From Dickeya solani IPO 2222 (lineage in GTDB: Bacteria > Pseudomonadota > Gammaproteobacteria > Enterobacterales > Enterobacteriaceae), in NCBI RefSeq assembly GCF_001644705.1, contig NZ_CP015137.1, positions 3,030,001-3,062,000 on the forward strand: 32,000 bases of DNA, given 5' to 3'. The notes beneath the pieces are model-generated. The model was not told where the DNA came from. It was given only the letters and a program-made list of their open reading frames with translations, and did no database searches. Below, piece after piece: positions 8,092-20,984 of this stretch (its first letter is position 1; every line of letters begins with the position of its first letter). Both the position numbers and the translations under genes were made by a program.

Positions 8092-8202
8092 AGTGATTAC
8101 ATTCCTTAAGGGCATAGGTTGCAGATGATAATAGACCTTGCCTGACTTGAAAACCTGCAAGACGTCTGTAAGACCGCGGGAATTCGAAAAAGTTGATCCT
8201 CA

Positions 8203-9864
8203 CTATGCTGCCAACAATTCTCTGGCGTTCGCCAGCGTGTTTTTGGTGACGGCCGAACCGCCGAGCAGGCGCGCCAGTTCCTGCAGACGTTCGCGTTTAC
8301 CCAGTGGCTGCATCAGCGTTTCGGTCGCCGCGCCGTCAGTGTGTTTGCTGACAAAGTAGTGGTGATGACCGCATCCCGCTACCTGTGGCAGATGGGTGAC
8401 GCACATCACCTGAGTGGATTGCCCAAGCTGGCGCAGCATCTTGCCGACAATCGCCGCGGTCGGGCCGCTGATACCGACATCCACTTCGTCGAAAATCAGG
8501 GCTGGGGTGTCCATCTTGCGGGCGGTAATGACCTGGATAATTAGCGCGATACGAGATAGTTCACCGCCCGACGCCACTTTGATCAGCGGCTGATGAGGCT
8601 GGCCGGGGTTGGTAGTGACGCAGAACTCGATGTGGTCGGCGCCGTTGGCGGTCAGCGAATCTGGTGTGAAGGTCACATCAATCGTGAAATGACCATGCGG
8701 CATCGCCAGCTCATGCATATTGGTGGTGATCAATTCCGCCAGTTCGCTGGCGTGCTGACAGCGTCGGGCGTGAAGTTGTTCGGCCACATGCAGGGCTTGC
8801 TGGTGGAACTCTTGCACCGCGCGATTCAGGGTTTCATGATCGCTTTCCTGCTGTTCCAGCAGTTGTTGTTCCTGCAATAACTGTTGATGAAACGCGGGAA
8901 GTTCTTCCGGTGTCACGTGATGCTTACGCGCCAGCGTCAGTTGGCGCGACAGGCGCTGTTCCAGTTCGTACAGACGAATTGGATCCATATCCATACTGTC
9001 ACAGTAATGGCGCAGTTCGTCGCTGGCCTCACTGATTTGGATGCCGGCTTCTTCCAGCATGGAAAACACGCCGGAGAGTTTTTCATCCAGGCTCACCAGC
9101 TCTGAAAGCTGATGTCTGGCGCTGTGCAGCATGCCAAGCAGGTTCTGGTCTTCGCTTTCGCTGAGAATTTGTAACGTCTGCTGACTGAGGGACATCAGTT
9201 GTCCGCTGTTGGCGAGTCGCTTGTATTCGACGTCAATCTGCTCGTACTCGCCCGACTGGGGCGCAAATTCGTTCAGCTCTTTGAGCTGATATTGCAGCAA
9301 TTCCTGACGCGCTTCCCGCTCAATGGTGGCTTGCTGGAGCTGCGCCAGTTCGCGGCAGCTTTGATGCCACTGCTGCCAGATCTGGCGCATGGCGCTGAGC
9401 AATTGCGATTCATCGGCGTAGGCATCCAGCAGGTGGCGTTGATGTTCCGGCTTCAGCAGCAACTGGTGGGCGTGCTGCCCATGAAGCTGAATCAGGTGCA
9501 GGCCCAGTTCGCGCAGTTGCGACAACGGCACCGCCGTGCCGTTGATGAAGGCGCGGGAGCGGCCGTCGACGCTGATGACCCGGCGCAGCAGGCATTCGTT
9601 GTTGTCATCAAGCTGGTTGTGTTCAAGCCAACGCAGCGCGGCCGGGGTGTCCGCCAGTGAGAAGCGGGCGCAGATGTCGGCGCGGCTGGCGCCGGGTCGA
9701 ACCATGCTGGCGTCGGAACGATTGCCGAGGCAGAGGCCGAGGGCGTCAATAGCAATGGATTTTCCCGCCCCGGTCTCGCCGGTAATGACGCTCATCCCTG
9801 CCTGAAAATCAATCTCCAGTTCGCGCACAATGGCGAAGTTACTGATGGTGAGTTGCGCCAGCAT
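8203..9864 (-). CDS. recN: DNA repair protein RecN
   Basis: 553 aa, [47 protein letters not shown] (Walker A), with an SMC-like coiled coil and a C-terminal ...GGELSRIAL... signature. Confidence 0.97.
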   Translation of the reverse strand: MLAQLTISNFAIVRELEIDFQAGMSVITGETGAGKSIAIDALGLCLGNRSDASMVRPGASRADICARFSLADTPAALRWLEHNQLDDNNECLLRRVISVDGRSRAFINGTAVPLSQLRELGLHLIQLHGQHAHQLLLKPEHQRHLLDAYADESQLLSAMRQIWQQWHQSCRELAQLQQATIEREARQELLQYQLKELNEFAPQSGEYEQIDVEYKRLANSGQLMSLSQQTLQILSESEDQNLLGMLHSARHQLSELVSLDEKLSGVFSMLEEAGIQISEASDELRHYCDSMDMDPIRLYELEQRLSRQLTLARKHHVTPEELPAFHQQLLQEQQLLEQQESDHETLNRAVQEFHQQALHVAEQLHARRCQHASELAELITTNMHELAMPHGHFTIDVTFTPDSLTANGADHIEFCVTTNPGQPHQPLIKVASGGELSRIALIIQVITARKMDTPALIFDEVDVGISGPTAAIVGKMLRQLGQSTQVMCVTHLPQVAGCGHHHYFVSKHTDGAATETLMQPLGKRERLQELARLLGGSAVTKNTLANARELLAA

Positions 9865-9873
9865 GATAGTGTC

Positions 9874-9927
9874 CTGTATGTAACAACAACTGTTATTACG
9901 TACAGTATAGACTGGTTTTTTGTACAG
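9874..9927 (-). promoter_or_regulatory. Three LexA (SOS) boxes in the recN promoter
   Basis: The minus strand reads TACTGTACAAAAAACCAGT (9927-9912 core), TACTGTACGTAATAACAGT (9905-9890 core, a perfect CTGT-N8-ACAG) and TTGTTGTTACATACAG (9889-9874). This is the same triple arrangement as the E. coli recN promoter. Confidence 0.85.
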
Positions 9928-9947
9928 TAAAGTAGCAAGCGCTACTT

Positions 9948-10826
9948 TCAGAATAATTTTTTCGACCAGCCGAGCTTGCTACTCAATGTATTGAAATAAC
10001 TGTAGTTTTCAGGATGAATCAGGTTCAGGTGATACTGACTGCGCTGGATCAGCACCTCTTCGCCTTCCTGCACCGGCAGCGAAATCTGGCTGTCGCAGCT
10101 GATTTCCAGGTCTTGGGTGATGTGGGAAAACTTCAGTCGGATAGAGCTGCTGCTGTTGATCACCAGCGGTCGCGCCGACAAAGTGTGCGGGAACATCGGC
10201 ACCAGCGCGATCGCATCCAGCGAAGGGGTCAGGATCGGGCCGCCGCCGGATAGCGAGTAAGCTGTGGAGCCGGTAGGCGTGGAGATGATCAGGCCGTCGG
10301 AGCGCTGGGAAAATGCGAATCGATCGTCAATATAGACTTCAAATTCAATCATGTGCGCTACTTTGCCCGGGTGCAGCACCACCTCGTTGATGGCGGTGCT
10401 ACTGCTGTTGGGGTGGTTGGCGCGGCACACCTGCGCTTCCAGCATAAAACGCTGCTCGCGGATGTAACGCCCGGCCAGCACTTCGCTTAGCTGTTGTTGG
10501 GTATGATCCGGATCAAGATCGGTAAGGAAGCCAAGATTGCCGCGGTTGACGCCAATGACGTTGATATCGTAGCGCGACAGTACCCGCGCCGCGCCCAGCA
10601 TGTTGCCGTCGCCGCCGACCACCACCGCCAGGTCCGCCTGCTGACCGATTTCCGACAGGCTGCCGGTGGCGGCGTCCGTTAGCTGCAGTTCGCGGGCGAT
10701 CTGTTGCTCGATCACCACGCGGTAACCCTGTGCGTGCAGCCAGTGATACAGCATTTCGTGGGTGGTCAGGGCATTTGGATGACGCGGATGACCGACAATG
10801 CCAATGCAGTTAAACGATCTGTTCAT
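9948..10826 (-). CDS. nadK: NAD kinase
   Basis: 292 aa, [30 protein letters not shown]...[14 protein letters not shown]...; collinear with E. coli NadK, including the C-terminal LGWSKKLF. Confidence 0.97.
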   Translation of the reverse strand: MNRSFNCIGIVGHPRHPNALTTHEMLYHWLHAQGYRVVIEQQIARELQLTDAATGSLSEIGQQADLAVVVGGDGNMLGAARVLSRYDINVIGVNRGNLGFLTDLDPDHTQQQLSEVLAGRYIREQRFMLEAQVCRANHPNSSSTAINEVVLHPGKVAHMIEFEVYIDDRFAFSQRSDGLIISTPTGSTAYSLSGGGPILTPSLDAIALVPMFPHTLSARPLVINSSSSIRLKFSHITQDLEISCDSQISLPVQEGEEVLIQRSQYHLNLIHPENYSYFNTLSSKLGWSKKLF

Positions 10827-10906
10827 TTGGGTGCCTTATCCTCATGAGAGCACCGGAGACTCACGGTTTTTGGACCGATAGCCGGACCAACAATATGTGA
10901 GTGGTT

Positions 10907-10937
10907 CCCTTGAAACCCCGGTTTTGATCCCCATAAT
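10907..10937 (+). promoter_or_regulatory. sigma32 heat-shock promoter of grpE
   Basis: CCCTTGAAA (10907-10915), a 13-nt spacer, then CCCCATAAT (10929-10937). This matches the sigma32 consensus CTTGAAA / CCCCATnT and lies 43 nt before the grpE ATG. Confidence 0.8.
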
Positions 10938-10979
10938 AAGCGAACTAGCGAGATGAATGCGAAAAACGCGGAGAATTTC

Positions 10980-11567
10980 ATGAGTAGTAAAGAACAGAAG
11001 TCGCCTGACGAGCAAGTCTTGGATCAAAAGGAAGCAGCGGAAGGTCAGCAAGCGGATGCCGTGCCTGAGACGACAGATGTCGCTGATCCGCGTGATGAGC
11101 GTATCGCAGAACTGGAAGCACAACTGAACGATGTTCAGCAGCGTGAACGTGAAAGCGCGCTGCGCGCCCGTGCCGAAATGGAGAACGTCCGTCGCCGTGC
11201 CGAGCTGGATGTGGAAAAAGCGCATAAATTTGCTCTGGAGAAGTTTGCGGGCGAAATGCTGCCGGTGATCGACAATCTTGAACGTGCGCTGGAGATGGCG
11301 GACAAATCCAATGAAGCGCTGTCGGGCATGATTGAAGGGGTCGACCTGACGCTGAAAGCGATGCTTTCTGCCGTGAATAAGTTCGGTATCGAGGTGGTGG
11401 CGGACGTGAACGTGCCGTTTAATCCGGAAATTCATCAGGCCATGACTCTGCTTGAATCCGCCGATCACGCGCCGAACCATGTCATGATGGTGATGCAGAA
11501 GGGTTATATCCTGAATGGTCGTTTGCTGCGCCCGGCAATGGTTGCGGTGTCCAAAGCCAGGGAATAA
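10980..11567 (+). CDS. grpE: Nucleotide exchange factor GrpE
   Basis: The start is corrected to Met10 of the track [15 protein letters not shown]... matches the E. coli GrpE N-terminus MSSKEQKTPEGQ. Conserved blocks include [25 protein letters not shown]. Confidence 0.95.
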   Translation: MSSKEQKSPDEQVLDQKEAAEGQQADAVPETTDVADPRDERIAELEAQLNDVQQRERESALRARAEMENVRRRAELDVEKAHKFALEKFAGEMLPVIDNLERALEMADKSNEALSGMIEGVDLTLKAMLSAVNKFGIEVVADVNVPFNPEIHQAMTLLESADHAPNHVMMVMQKGYILNGRLLRPAMVAVSKARE

Positions 11568-11895
11568 TCGTTTTCCGGCTTTCTCCGGGGAGCGGCCAAC
11601 AGGCTTCTTCCCGGATGCGTCGTGAATGTGGTCTTATTGGTCTTTCCCTTCCTGTATTTTCCTTGCCGTTTTCTCCCGGTGGCGTCACGAAAACCTTTCC
11701 CTGCTGTTTACGCGTTTTTTCCTGTCGTCATCACATGGAACGTATTTATTTGCGTAATACTGTGTCGGTAATACTGTGCCGGTCGTTTTTTTGTTTATAT
11801 TTTGTTAATCTTTACGTATTAAAACGTGTGTCGTTTGTCGGGTGAATGCATCATTATCATAGCCTATCAGAGCAATCATCACTTCCATTCTAAAT

Positions 11896-11914
11896 GCACT
11901 TGATAATCATTATC
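11896..11914 (+). promoter_or_regulatory. Fur box upstream of mntH
   Basis: gcacTTGATAATCATTATC matches 15 of 19 positions of GATAATGATAATCATTATC, with the 3' 13 nt perfect. It lies 47 nt upstream of the mntH ATG. Confidence 0.7.
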
Positions 11915-11960
11915 AACTTTGCGAGAGTAATAAAACAATAGTGTTAGAAGGGTTACTCAT

Positions 11961-13196
11961 ATGCCGGGGAGTCGTGTAGTGGAGTCAGTCAGCCGTACGT
12001 CAAGGAAGCTCAAGCTTTCACTGATGGGGCCGGCCTTTATCGCGGCAATTGGTTACATCGATCCCGGTAATTTCGCCACCAATATTCAGTCGGGCGCCGC
12101 CTACGGATATCAGCTGTTGTGGGTGGTGGTGTGGGCCAACCTGATGGCGATGTTGATTCAATTACTCTCCGCTAAATTGGGGATCGCCACCGGCAAGAAT
12201 CTGGCGGAGCATATTCGCGATCGTTTCCCGAAACCCGCGGTCTGGGCCTACTGGGTGCAAGCCGAAATCATCGCTATGGCGACCGACCTGGCGGAGTTCA
12301 TCGGCGCGGCGATCGGCTTCAAGTTATTGCTTGGCGTGTCGCTGCTGGAAGGCGCGATCCTCACCGGGATTGCCACTTTTCTGATCCTGACATTGCAGCA
12401 ACGTGGGCAAAAACCGTTGGAGATGGTGATCGGCGGGTTGCTGCTGTTCGTGGCGGCGGCCTATATCGTCGAATTGATTTTTTCTCGCCCGGAGCTGGCG
12501 TCGCTGGCGAAAGGCATGGCGGTGCCGAGCCTGCCCAATTCCGATGCGGTGCTGCTGGCCGCTGGCGTGCTGGGTGCGACCATTATGCCGCACGTGATTT
12601 ACCTGCATTCGTCGCTGACACAGCAACAAAGCCACATCACCCGCGCCGAGCGCTATTCCGCTACCAAGGTGGATGTCGCGGTGGCGATGACCATCGCCGG
12701 GTTTGTGAATCTGGCGATGATGGCGACGGCGGCGGCGGCGTTTCACTTCAGCGGCAACACCTCGATTGCCGAACTGGATCAGGCGTATCTGACGCTGAAA
12801 CCCTTACTGGGGCAGGCTGCGGCGACAATTTTCGGCCTGAGTCTGGTGGTGGCGGGGCTGTCGTCCACAGTAGTGGGGACGCTGGCCGGCCAGGTGGTGA
12901 TGCAAGGGTTTGTGCGCTTTCATATTCCGCTGTGGGTTCGCCGCGTCGTGACTATGCTACCGTCTTTTATCGTCATTCTGTCCGGTGTGAACCCAACGCG
13001 GGTGCTGGTGTTAAGCCAGGTGCTGTTGAGTTTCGGTATTGCGTTGGCGTTGATTCCGCTGCTGGTTTTTACCGGTAACCGCGAACTGATGGGGTGCCTG
13101 GTGAACAGCCGCCGGGTACAGAACCTTGGCAAAGTGATCGTCTGTATCGTGATCGCGCTCAACCTGTATCTGGTGCTGGATACGCTGCTGGGTTAA
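11961..13196 (+). CDS. mntH: NRAMP-family Mn2+/Fe2+:H+ symporter MntH
   Basis: 411 aa, ...[63 protein letters not shown]...; near-collinear with E. coli MntH. Confidence 0.97.
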   Translation: MPGSRVVESVSRTSRKLKLSLMGPAFIAAIGYIDPGNFATNIQSGAAYGYQLLWVVVWANLMAMLIQLLSAKLGIATGKNLAEHIRDRFPKPAVWAYWVQAEIIAMATDLAEFIGAAIGFKLLLGVSLLEGAILTGIATFLILTLQQRGQKPLEMVIGGLLLFVAAAYIVELIFSRPELASLAKGMAVPSLPNSDAVLLAAGVLGATIMPHVIYLHSSLTQQQSHITRAERYSATKVDVAVAMTIAGFVNLAMMATAAAAFHFSGNTSIAELDQAYLTLKPLLGQAAATIFGLSLVVAGLSSTVVGTLAGQVVMQGFVRFHIPLWVRRVVTMLPSFIVILSGVNPTRVLVLSQVLLSFGIALALIPLLVFTGNRELMGCLVNSRRVQNLGKVIVCIVIALNLYLVLDTLLG

Positions 13197-13217
13197 CGAG
13201 CTCGCCTGATCTTTGCG

Positions 13218-13255
13218 ACGCCTCCGCCGGTTATGGTCGGGGGCGTTTGTTTTTT
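13218..13255 (+). terminator. mntH rho-independent terminator
   Basis: acgcctcc (13218-13225) pairs with gggggcgt (13239-13246, one G-U pair) and is followed by ttgtttttt. Confidence 0.6.
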
Positions 13256-13350
13256 CCGGTTACGACTTTTCTGCTTTCATTTACGATCACGTGCATTCCG
13301 GCAGGCTCCGTCCTATTATCTGGGACTGATTTTTTTGATACAGAGATTCA

Positions 13351-13938
13351 ATGATGTTGTCGCCCATTACTGTCCTTGATAAGCAACTGTTATCCGATCA
13401 CTGGTTTGTGCTTCATAAATATGTGTTTGATTTAAAACGTAAAAATGGCGGAATGGTGCGCCAGGTGCGGGAAGTGTATGACCGTGGCAACGGTGCCGCC
13501 ATTCTGCTTTACAACCGCGTTCGCGGGACGGTCGTGCTGACGAGACAGTTCAGGATGCCGACATATCTGAATGGTAACGAAAGCGGGATGCTGCTGGAAG
13601 CGTGCGCCGGTTTGCTGGATGATCAGTCGCCGGAACAGTGCATCCGTAATGAGGCGATCGAGGAAACCGGTTACCAGATAGGCGAAGTGGAAAAGTTGTT
13701 TGAAGCCTACATGTCACCGGGGGGGATAACCGAGCTGGTGCACTTTTTTGCCGCGGAATATGACGACTCACAGCGTAAAACGAACGGCGGCGGCGTGGAT
13801 GATGAGGATATCGAAGTGCTGGAATTGCCGTTTAGCGACGCGCTGGCAATGATTAAGGACGGACATATCCGTGATGGTAAAACCATCATGCTGCTGCAGC
13901 ACGCGCAGATTAACGGCTGGTTTGCCAATCTGCGCTAA
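13351..13938 (+). CDS. nudK: Nudix hydrolase NudK (GDP-mannose pyrophosphatase, YffH)
   Basis: 195 aa, ...[16 protein letters not shown]...[18 protein letters not shown]...[28 protein letters not shown]...[12 protein letters not shown]. It carries a Nudix box and is collinear with E. coli NudK. Confidence 0.9.
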   Translation: MMLSPITVLDKQLLSDHWFVLHKYVFDLKRKNGGMVRQVREVYDRGNGAAILLYNRVRGTVVLTRQFRMPTYLNGNESGMLLEACAGLLDDQSPEQCIRNEAIEETGYQIGEVEKLFEAYMSPGGITELVHFFAAEYDDSQRKTNGGGVDDEDIEVLELPFSDALAMIKDGHIRDGKTIMLLQHAQINGWFANLR

Positions 13939-13975
13939 CGGCATATCAAAACGATAATATCAATACGATAGATGA

Positions 13976-14003
13976 CAAGGGGCCGGCAGGCCCCTTGTTG
14001 TTT
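13976..14003. terminator. Bidirectional terminator between nudK and the transaldolase gene
   Basis: aaggggcc-ggca-ggcccctt (13977-13996), flanked by a T-rich run on the plus strand (gttgtttg) and an A-rich run on the other side. Confidence 0.7.
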
Positions 14004-14018
14004 GTGGCGGAGCCGTGT

Positions 14019-14969
14019 TTACAACTGGGCGGCTAGCAGATCTTCCAGCTTCTGCTGGTCGGCGGCGAACAGGCGGATGCCTTCGGACAGTTTCTCCACC
14101 GCCATCGGATCCTGATTATGCTGCCAGCGGAATTCGGTTTCCGACAGCGGCGCCGGCTGATGGAAACCTTCGGTTGACGGGCTGAGAATGCGCTCCACCG
14201 GCGCGGTGCTGTTTTTCAACTGTTCCAGTAAAGGCGGGGCAATGGTCAGGCGATCGCACCCGGCCAACGCCAGAATCTGTTCCACCTTGCGGAAGCTGGC
14301 GCCCATCACGATGGTGCGATAGCGATGCTGTTTGTAGTACTCGTAAATACGCCGCACCGACAGCACGCCCGGATCCTGTTCGGCATCGTAGTCGACGGAG
14401 GGGTGTCTGGCCTGATACCAGTCGTAGATGCGGCCGACAAACGGCGAAATCAGATAGATGCCGGCTTCCGCGCAGGCGCGGGCCTGTGCAAACGAAAACA
14501 GCAGCGTCAGGTTGCAGTTGATCCCTTCCTTTTCCAACTCTTCGGCGGCGCAGATCCCTTCCCAGGTGGCCGCCAGCTTGATCAGAATACGCGAACGATG
14601 TACGTCCTTTTCCTCGTACATCGCCACCAGCTTGCGCGCTTTAGCCACACACATGCCGCGATCGAACGACAAACGGGCATCCACTTCGGTGGAGATCCGT
14701 CCGGGAATACTTTTCAGCACTTCGGCGCCGATGTTGACCGCCAGACGGTCGCTGGCGTTGATCAGCAGGGTTTCTCTGGACCCGCCCTGCTGACGGGCGT
14801 AAGCCAGCGCATCGGCAAACAGCGGCTGATAAACCGGCAGGCTGGCGGCTTTTAGAATCAAGGATGGATTGGTGGTGGCGTCCTGCGGTGAAAAGTGGCG
14901 AATAGATTCGATATCGCCGCTGTCTGCCACTACCACGGTGAATTGTTTCAATGCGTCTAGTTGGTTCAT
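14019..14969 (-). CDS. talA: Transaldolase (TalA-like)
   Basis: The start is corrected to Met60 of the track ORF (ATG at 14969, GGGAG SD). [42 protein letters not shown]...[12 protein letters not shown]...; 316 aa, closest by memory to E. coli TalA. No tktB follows. Confidence 0.9.
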   Translation of the reverse strand: MNQLDALKQFTVVVADSGDIESIRHFSPQDATTNPSLILKAASLPVYQPLFADALAYARQQGGSRETLLINASDRLAVNIGAEVLKSIPGRISTEVDARLSFDRGMCVAKARKLVAMYEEKDVHRSRILIKLAATWEGICAAEELEKEGINCNLTLLFSFAQARACAEAGIYLISPFVGRIYDWYQARHPSVDYDAEQDPGVLSVRRIYEYYKQHRYRTIVMGASFRKVEQILALAGCDRLTIAPPLLEQLKNSTAPVERILSPSTEGFHQPAPLSETEFRWQHNQDPMAVEKLSEGIRLFAADQQKLEDLLAAQL

Positions 14970-15340
14970 GGCTTGGCTCCCAGAAGAGAAAATTGGCGGA
15001 ACCACCCTGCAGGATTCTGTGGCGCAATAACATGCGTTTTTTCTGATTGCAGTCATGACAGGTTGATCCCCTATGCCGTAACACAGGCTAAGCATAGTCA
15101 ATCCGTGTCGGGCTTGCTGATGACAAGGGGGATCTTGGGTAGCCATATCATCGGTATTTGGTCATGTTTGGTCGGGAAAACAGTCGTTATGGTGAGTGAT
15201 TTTCAATCTCATTAATTAACTATATTAAGCGGTATTCCAACGTGGATTTTGTAATGCTTCATGGTTTAGAAAATCACAGACACGATACACTGAGTAACTC
15301 GCCACCCTACCCACAAAGCGATAAGACAAGGTAATAAACT

Positions 15341-17620
15341 ATGGATGAACAACTGAAGCAAAGCGCACTGGACTTCCATCAATATCCGGTGCCGGGAAAA
15401 ATCCAGGTCTCTCCGACCAAACCGTTGGCCACGCAACGCGACCTGGCGCTGGCCTATTCCCCGGGCGTTGCTGCGCCTTGTCTGGAAATCGCTGAAGATC
15501 CGCTGGCGGCTTACAAATATACCGCGCGCGGCAATCTGGTGGCGGTGATCTCCAACGGTACCGCGGTGCTGGGGCTGGGCAACATCGGTGCGCTGGCCGG
15601 CAAGCCGGTGATGGAAGGCAAAGGGGTGTTGTTCAAGAAGTTCTCCGGCGTCGATGTGTTCGATATCGAAGTGGACGAGCAGGATCCGGACAAGCTGATC
15701 GACGTGATCGCAGCGCTGGAGCCCACCTTCGGCGGCATCAACCTGGAAGATATCAAGGCGCCGGAGTGCTTCTATATCGAGCAGAAGCTGCGTGAGCGCA
15801 TGAAGATTCCGGTATTCCATGATGATCAGCATGGCACCGCCATCATCTGTACCGCGGCGGTGCTTAACGGCCTGCGCGTGGTGGAAAAACAGATTTCCGA
15901 CGTTCGGCTGGTGGTGTCCGGCGCGGGCGCGGCATCTATCGCCTGCCTGAATCTGCTGGTGGCGCTGGGCCTGAAACGTGAACACATCGTGGTGTGCGAC
16001 TCCCGCGGCGTGATCTACAAAGGCCGTGAAGCCAACATGGCGGAAACCAAAGCGGCTTACGCTATCGACGATAACGGCAGCCGTTCGCTGGCCGATGCCA
16101 TCCCGAATGCGGATATTTTCCTCGGCTGTTCCGGTCCGGGCGTGCTGACGCAGGATATGGTGAAAACCATGGCGCCGCGTCCGCTGATCATGGCGCTGGC
16201 TAACCCAGAGCCGGAAATTCTGCCGCCGCTGGTGAAAGAAGTGCGTCCGGACGCCATCGTGTGCACCGGTCGTTCCGACTATCCGAACCAGGTCAACAAC
16301 GTACTGTGTTTCCCGTTCATCTTCCGCGGTGCGTTGGATGTGGGCGCGACCACCATCAATGAAGAGATGAAGCTGGCCTGCGTGCACGCCATTGCCGATC
16401 TGGCGCTGGCGGAGCAGAGCGAAGTGGTGGCGTCCGCCTATGGCGATCAGGATCTCTCCTTCGGGCCGGAATACCTGATCCCCAAACCGTTCGATCCGCG
16501 CTTGATCATCAAGATCGCGCCGGCGGTAGCGAAAGCGGCGATGGAGTCCGGCGTGGCGACCCGCCCGATTGAAAACTTTGACGATTACATCGAGAAACTG
16601 ACGCAGTTCGTCTACAAAACCAACCTGTTCATGAAGCCCATCTTCTCTCAGGCCCGCACCCAGCCGAAACGTGTGGTGTTGGCGGAAGGGGAAGACCCGC
16701 GCGTGCTGCACGCCACGCAGGAACTGGTGTCGCTGGGGCTTGCGTTCCCGGTGCTGATCGGCCGTCCGGGCGTGATCGAAAAACGCATCCAGAAGCTGGG
16801 CTTGCAGATCGCCATCGGCAAGGATTTTGAGGTGGTGAACAACGAATCCGACCCGCGCTTTAAAGCCTACTGGACCGAATATTTCGAGATGATGAAACGT
16901 CGCGGCGTGTCTCAGGAGCAGGCGCAACGCGACATGCGCGGCAACCCGACGCTGATCGGCTCCATCATGGTTCACCGCGGTGAAGCGGATGCGATGATCT
17001 GCGGTACGGTCGGTAACTATGAAGAGCACTTCAGCGTAGTGGAGAAGGTGTTCGGCTACCGTGACGGCGTGCATGTGGCGGGGGCGATGAACGCGCTGCT
17101 GCTGCCGAGCGGCAACACCTTTATCGCCGACACCTACGTCAACCCGGACCCGACGCCGGAACAGCTGGCGGAAATCACCCTGATGGCGGCTCGCACCGTG
17201 CGCCGTTTCGGTATCGAACCGAAAGTGGCGCTGCTGTCGCATTCCAGCTTCGGCACCTCCGATTCGCCGACGGCGAAGAAAATGCGCGCCACGCTGGAAC
17301 TGGTGAACCAACTGGCGCCGGAGCTGCAAATTGACGGTGAAATGCACGGCGACGCGGCGTTGGTGGAGGCCATCCGTCGTGAGCAGATGCCGGACAGCCC
17401 GCTGAAAGGCGCCGCCAATATCCTGATCATGCCGAATATGGAAGCCGCCCGCATCAGCTACAACCTGCTGCGCGTGTCCTCCTCCGAGGGGGTAACCGTC
17501 GGGCCGGTACTGATGGGCGTTGCCAAGCCGGTGCACATCCTGACGCCGATCGCCTCTGTGCGCCGTATCGTCAACATGGTCGCGCTGGCCGTGGTGGAAG
17601 CGCAGACCGAACTGCTGTAA
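15341..17620 (+). CDS. maeB: NADP-dependent malic enzyme (malic enzyme plus PTA-like domain)
   Basis: 759 aa, [50 protein letters not shown]...; collinear with E. coli MaeB over its full length. Confidence 0.98.
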   Translation: MDEQLKQSALDFHQYPVPGKIQVSPTKPLATQRDLALAYSPGVAAPCLEIAEDPLAAYKYTARGNLVAVISNGTAVLGLGNIGALAGKPVMEGKGVLFKKFSGVDVFDIEVDEQDPDKLIDVIAALEPTFGGINLEDIKAPECFYIEQKLRERMKIPVFHDDQHGTAIICTAAVLNGLRVVEKQISDVRLVVSGAGAASIACLNLLVALGLKREHIVVCDSRGVIYKGREANMAETKAAYAIDDNGSRSLADAIPNADIFLGCSGPGVLTQDMVKTMAPRPLIMALANPEPEILPPLVKEVRPDAIVCTGRSDYPNQVNNVLCFPFIFRGALDVGATTINEEMKLACVHAIADLALAEQSEVVASAYGDQDLSFGPEYLIPKPFDPRLIIKIAPAVAKAAMESGVATRPIENFDDYIEKLTQFVYKTNLFMKPIFSQARTQPKRVVLAEGEDPRVLHATQELVSLGLAFPVLIGRPGVIEKRIQKLGLQIAIGKDFEVVNNESDPRFKAYWTEYFEMMKRRGVSQEQAQRDMRGNPTLIGSIMVHRGEADAMICGTVGNYEEHFSVVEKVFGYRDGVHVAGAMNALLLPSGNTFIADTYVNPDPTPEQLAEITLMAARTVRRFGIEPKVALLSHSSFGTSDSPTAKKMRATLELVNQLAPELQIDGEMHGDAALVEAIRREQMPDSPLKGAANILIMPNMEAARISYNLLRVSSSEGVTVGPVLMGVAKPVHILTPIASVRRIVNMVALAVVEAQTELL

Positions 17621-17650
17621 TCCAGTCGATTGTCAGTAGCGAAAAGACCA

Positions 17651-17677
17651 AACCGGCAGGTTACCCTGCCGGTTTTT

Positions 17678-17680
<3 letters not shown>
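17651..17680 (+). terminator. maeB rho-independent terminator
   Basis: aaccggcagg-ttac-cctgccggtt is followed by ttttt. It abuts the stop codon of the convergent yaiI. Confidence 0.8.
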
Positions 17681-19095
<1,415 letters not shown>

Positions 19096-19275
19096 TTATC
19101 CAGCCTGGGCTTATTCAGTCCTAGTATATCGAAATTCGGCTGGTCGCCTATTGCCGGTCAATGCCGTCGGCGTGAATCGGCACCATTGCTGAAAAGTGTA
19201 TGACGGAGATGTTGCGTCTGCGGTGAATCACGGGATAATCGGTGATGACCGATTGACTCTAGATGGCGAGCAGCG

Positions 19276-19701
19276 ATGGAAATCCGCATATTCAGGCAAG
19301 ATGACTTTGAAGAAGTGATCACCCTTTGGGAACGGTGCGATTTGCTGCGTCCCTGGAATGACCCGGAAATGGATATTGAGCGCAAGCTCAACCATGATCC
19401 CGACCTGTTTCTGGTGGCGGAAGTGGGCGGCGAGGTGGTCGGCTCGGTGATGGGGGGCTATGACGGTCACCGAGGTTCGGCCTACTATCTGGGGGTGCAT
19501 CCGGATTACCGCGGGCGCGGCATCGCTAATGCGCTGATCAGCCGTCTGGAAAAAAAACTGATCGCGCGCGGTTGCCCGAAGATCCACCTGATGGTGCGTC
19601 AGAGCAACACGGCTGTTATCAGCATGTATGAAAAGATGAACTACGACATGGTCGATAGCATCACGCTGGGCAAGCGCCTGATTGAAGATCAGGAGTATTG
19701 A
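19276..19701 (+). CDS. ypeA: GNAT-family N-acetyltransferase YpeA
   Basis: 141 aa, [49 protein letters not shown]...[17 protein letters not shown]...; matches the YpeA family. Confidence 0.9.
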   Translation: MEIRIFRQDDFEEVITLWERCDLLRPWNDPEMDIERKLNHDPDLFLVAEVGGEVVGSVMGGYDGHRGSAYYLGVHPDYRGRGIANALISRLEKKLIARGCPKIHLMVRQSNTAVISMYEKMNYDMVDSITLGKRLIEDQEY

Positions 19702-19919
19702 CCGTTCCCCTCTGGCTGCGTTTGCGCGCCGTCGATTGTTGACGGGGAGACGCCGCCTTATCTCCGTCTGACGCCGACCGATATCCCCAGCCTGTCGGCT
19801 GCATTTTCCTTTCTTTTTCTGTCTCTGTTTCTGTTCGCGCGTCCGTGCAATTTTTCTGCGAGTGATTTCCCACCTGTCCAAAAGGTTAGGTTTGTGCTGA
19901 CGTACTGTAAAAACTTATT

Positions 19920-19956
19920 GATAATGGATATCATTTGTAAAATAATTCTCATTATC
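19920..19956 (+). promoter_or_regulatory. Two overlapping Fur boxes, with a putative promoter, upstream of the TonB-like gene
   Basis: GATAATGGATATCATTTGT (19920-19938) matches 13 of 19 positions, and TAAAATAATTCTCATTATC (19938-19956) matches 14 of 19, against GATAATGATAATCATTATC. A possible -35 TTATTG (19915) and -10 TAAAAT (19938) with a 17-nt spacer are overlapped by the boxes. Confidence 0.7.
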
Positions 19957-20063
19957 TATAAAGGAACGTTTCTGTTTGTTTTTGGGATGGGAAATCAGGG
20001 GGCGCCGCTGTTGTCCTGTCCACGATTTGATACTTATTTCTATAAATAAAACATGGTATTACG

Positions 20064-20942
20064 TTGAAAGTTACGCATTCTCTCCTGTTATCCGTTGGGG
20101 TACATCTGTCGGTGGTCTGGGCCTTGTTGTGGGGGTATGCCCCTCACGAGCAGCAGATGCTGCAGGCCGGACGCGCCGGAGAAAGCATGGCGGGCATGCA
20201 TGTCACGTCGTTCTCCGCCCACGCTGTTCGGCTGCTTTCCACCAACACCGCAGCATCGTCTGCTGACGAACCGGGTACTGCTTCCAGCACAATGCTTGGT
20301 GCTGCGGTGCCGGCGGTGATGCCGGCGCTACCGGTTAACGATCGCGCCTTGGTGACGGCCGCGTCTTCCGACACCGCCGCGACAACACGCCCGCAAAAAC
20401 CGACGGAGAAAACCCGCGAAACGCCACGTCCGCCACAAGACCCCGCGCCGGTGCGGGCAAAAGAAAATGCGGACGTCAGGAAAATACTCGCTTCTCCACG
20501 CAGTGAAACCCGTGATGCGCCGGAGCCTGTGACGGGGGCAGCAAGCCCGGCTGAGCCGGGAAATCGCACAACGGCGCCTGCGCCCGCCAGCGCATCGGCA
20601 GGCGGCCAGGCCGCACCGGCGGGGGAAAGTACGCTGGGGCAGGCCAGTCAGGGCGCGGGCACCAGCCAAACCGGCACGCTGAAGGCGTTGCAACGCCGGG
20701 TGAATTACCCCGTTCGGGCACGTTCGATGGGCGTGGAAGGGCTGGTTCGGCTGCGGTTTGACGTCACGGCCAGCGGCACGGTCACCAACATTCGGGTGCT
20801 GTCGGAGAACCCTGACGGGATGTTTAGCAGCGACGTTATCAAAGACATGGCGCGCTGGCGTTATCAGGCCGGTTCAGCGGTTGCCGACCAGACGGTATCC
20901 GTCATTTTTCGGCTGAATGGCCATATCGAAATTCAGAATTGA
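20064..20942 (+). CDS. fusB: Dedicated TonB-family energy transducer (FusB-like)
   Basis: 292 aa from a TTG start. The N-terminal TM helix carries the TonB SxxxH motif (LLLSVGVHLSVVW), followed by a long Pro/Ala/Thr-rich linker. The C-terminal domain ALQRRVNYPVRARSMGVEGLVRLRFDVTASGTVTNIRVLSENPDGMFSSDVIKDMARWRY...NGHIEIQ is collinear with the E. coli TonB CTD. The FusB assignment rests on operon context. Confidence 0.8.
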   Translation: MKVTHSLLLSVGVHLSVVWALLWGYAPHEQQMLQAGRAGESMAGMHVTSFSAHAVRLLSTNTAASSADEPGTASSTMLGAAVPAVMPALPVNDRALVTAASSDTAATTRPQKPTEKTRETPRPPQDPAPVRAKENADVRKILASPRSETRDAPEPVTGAASPAEPGNRTTAPAPASASAGGQAAPAGESTLGQASQGAGTSQTGTLKALQRRVNYPVRARSMGVEGLVRLRFDVTASGTVTNIRVLSENPDGMFSSDVIKDMARWRYQAGSAVADQTVSVIFRLNGHIEIQN

Positions 20943-20984
20943 TTGTTTTCTTTTCAATATCATCAGGGGTACAGGAATAACTGC

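Noticed and set aside
11848-11870. Possible MntR operator or second Fur box upstream of mntH (ATCATTATC, and the ATAGCCTAT mini-palindrome at 11859-11867)
   Set aside because: This is only a half-site match to the Fur consensus. The palindrome is much shorter than the MntR operator as I remember it. That is insufficient to call.
15266-17536. 756-aa ORF on the minus strand almost coextensive with maeB
   Set aside because: The plus-strand product is collinear with E. coli MaeB over 759 aa. The minus-strand translation is low-complexity R/H/G/A/Q/D-rich sequence with no recognisable motifs. This is typical of the stop-poor antisense frame of GC-rich, codon-biased genes. No SD or promoter evidence.
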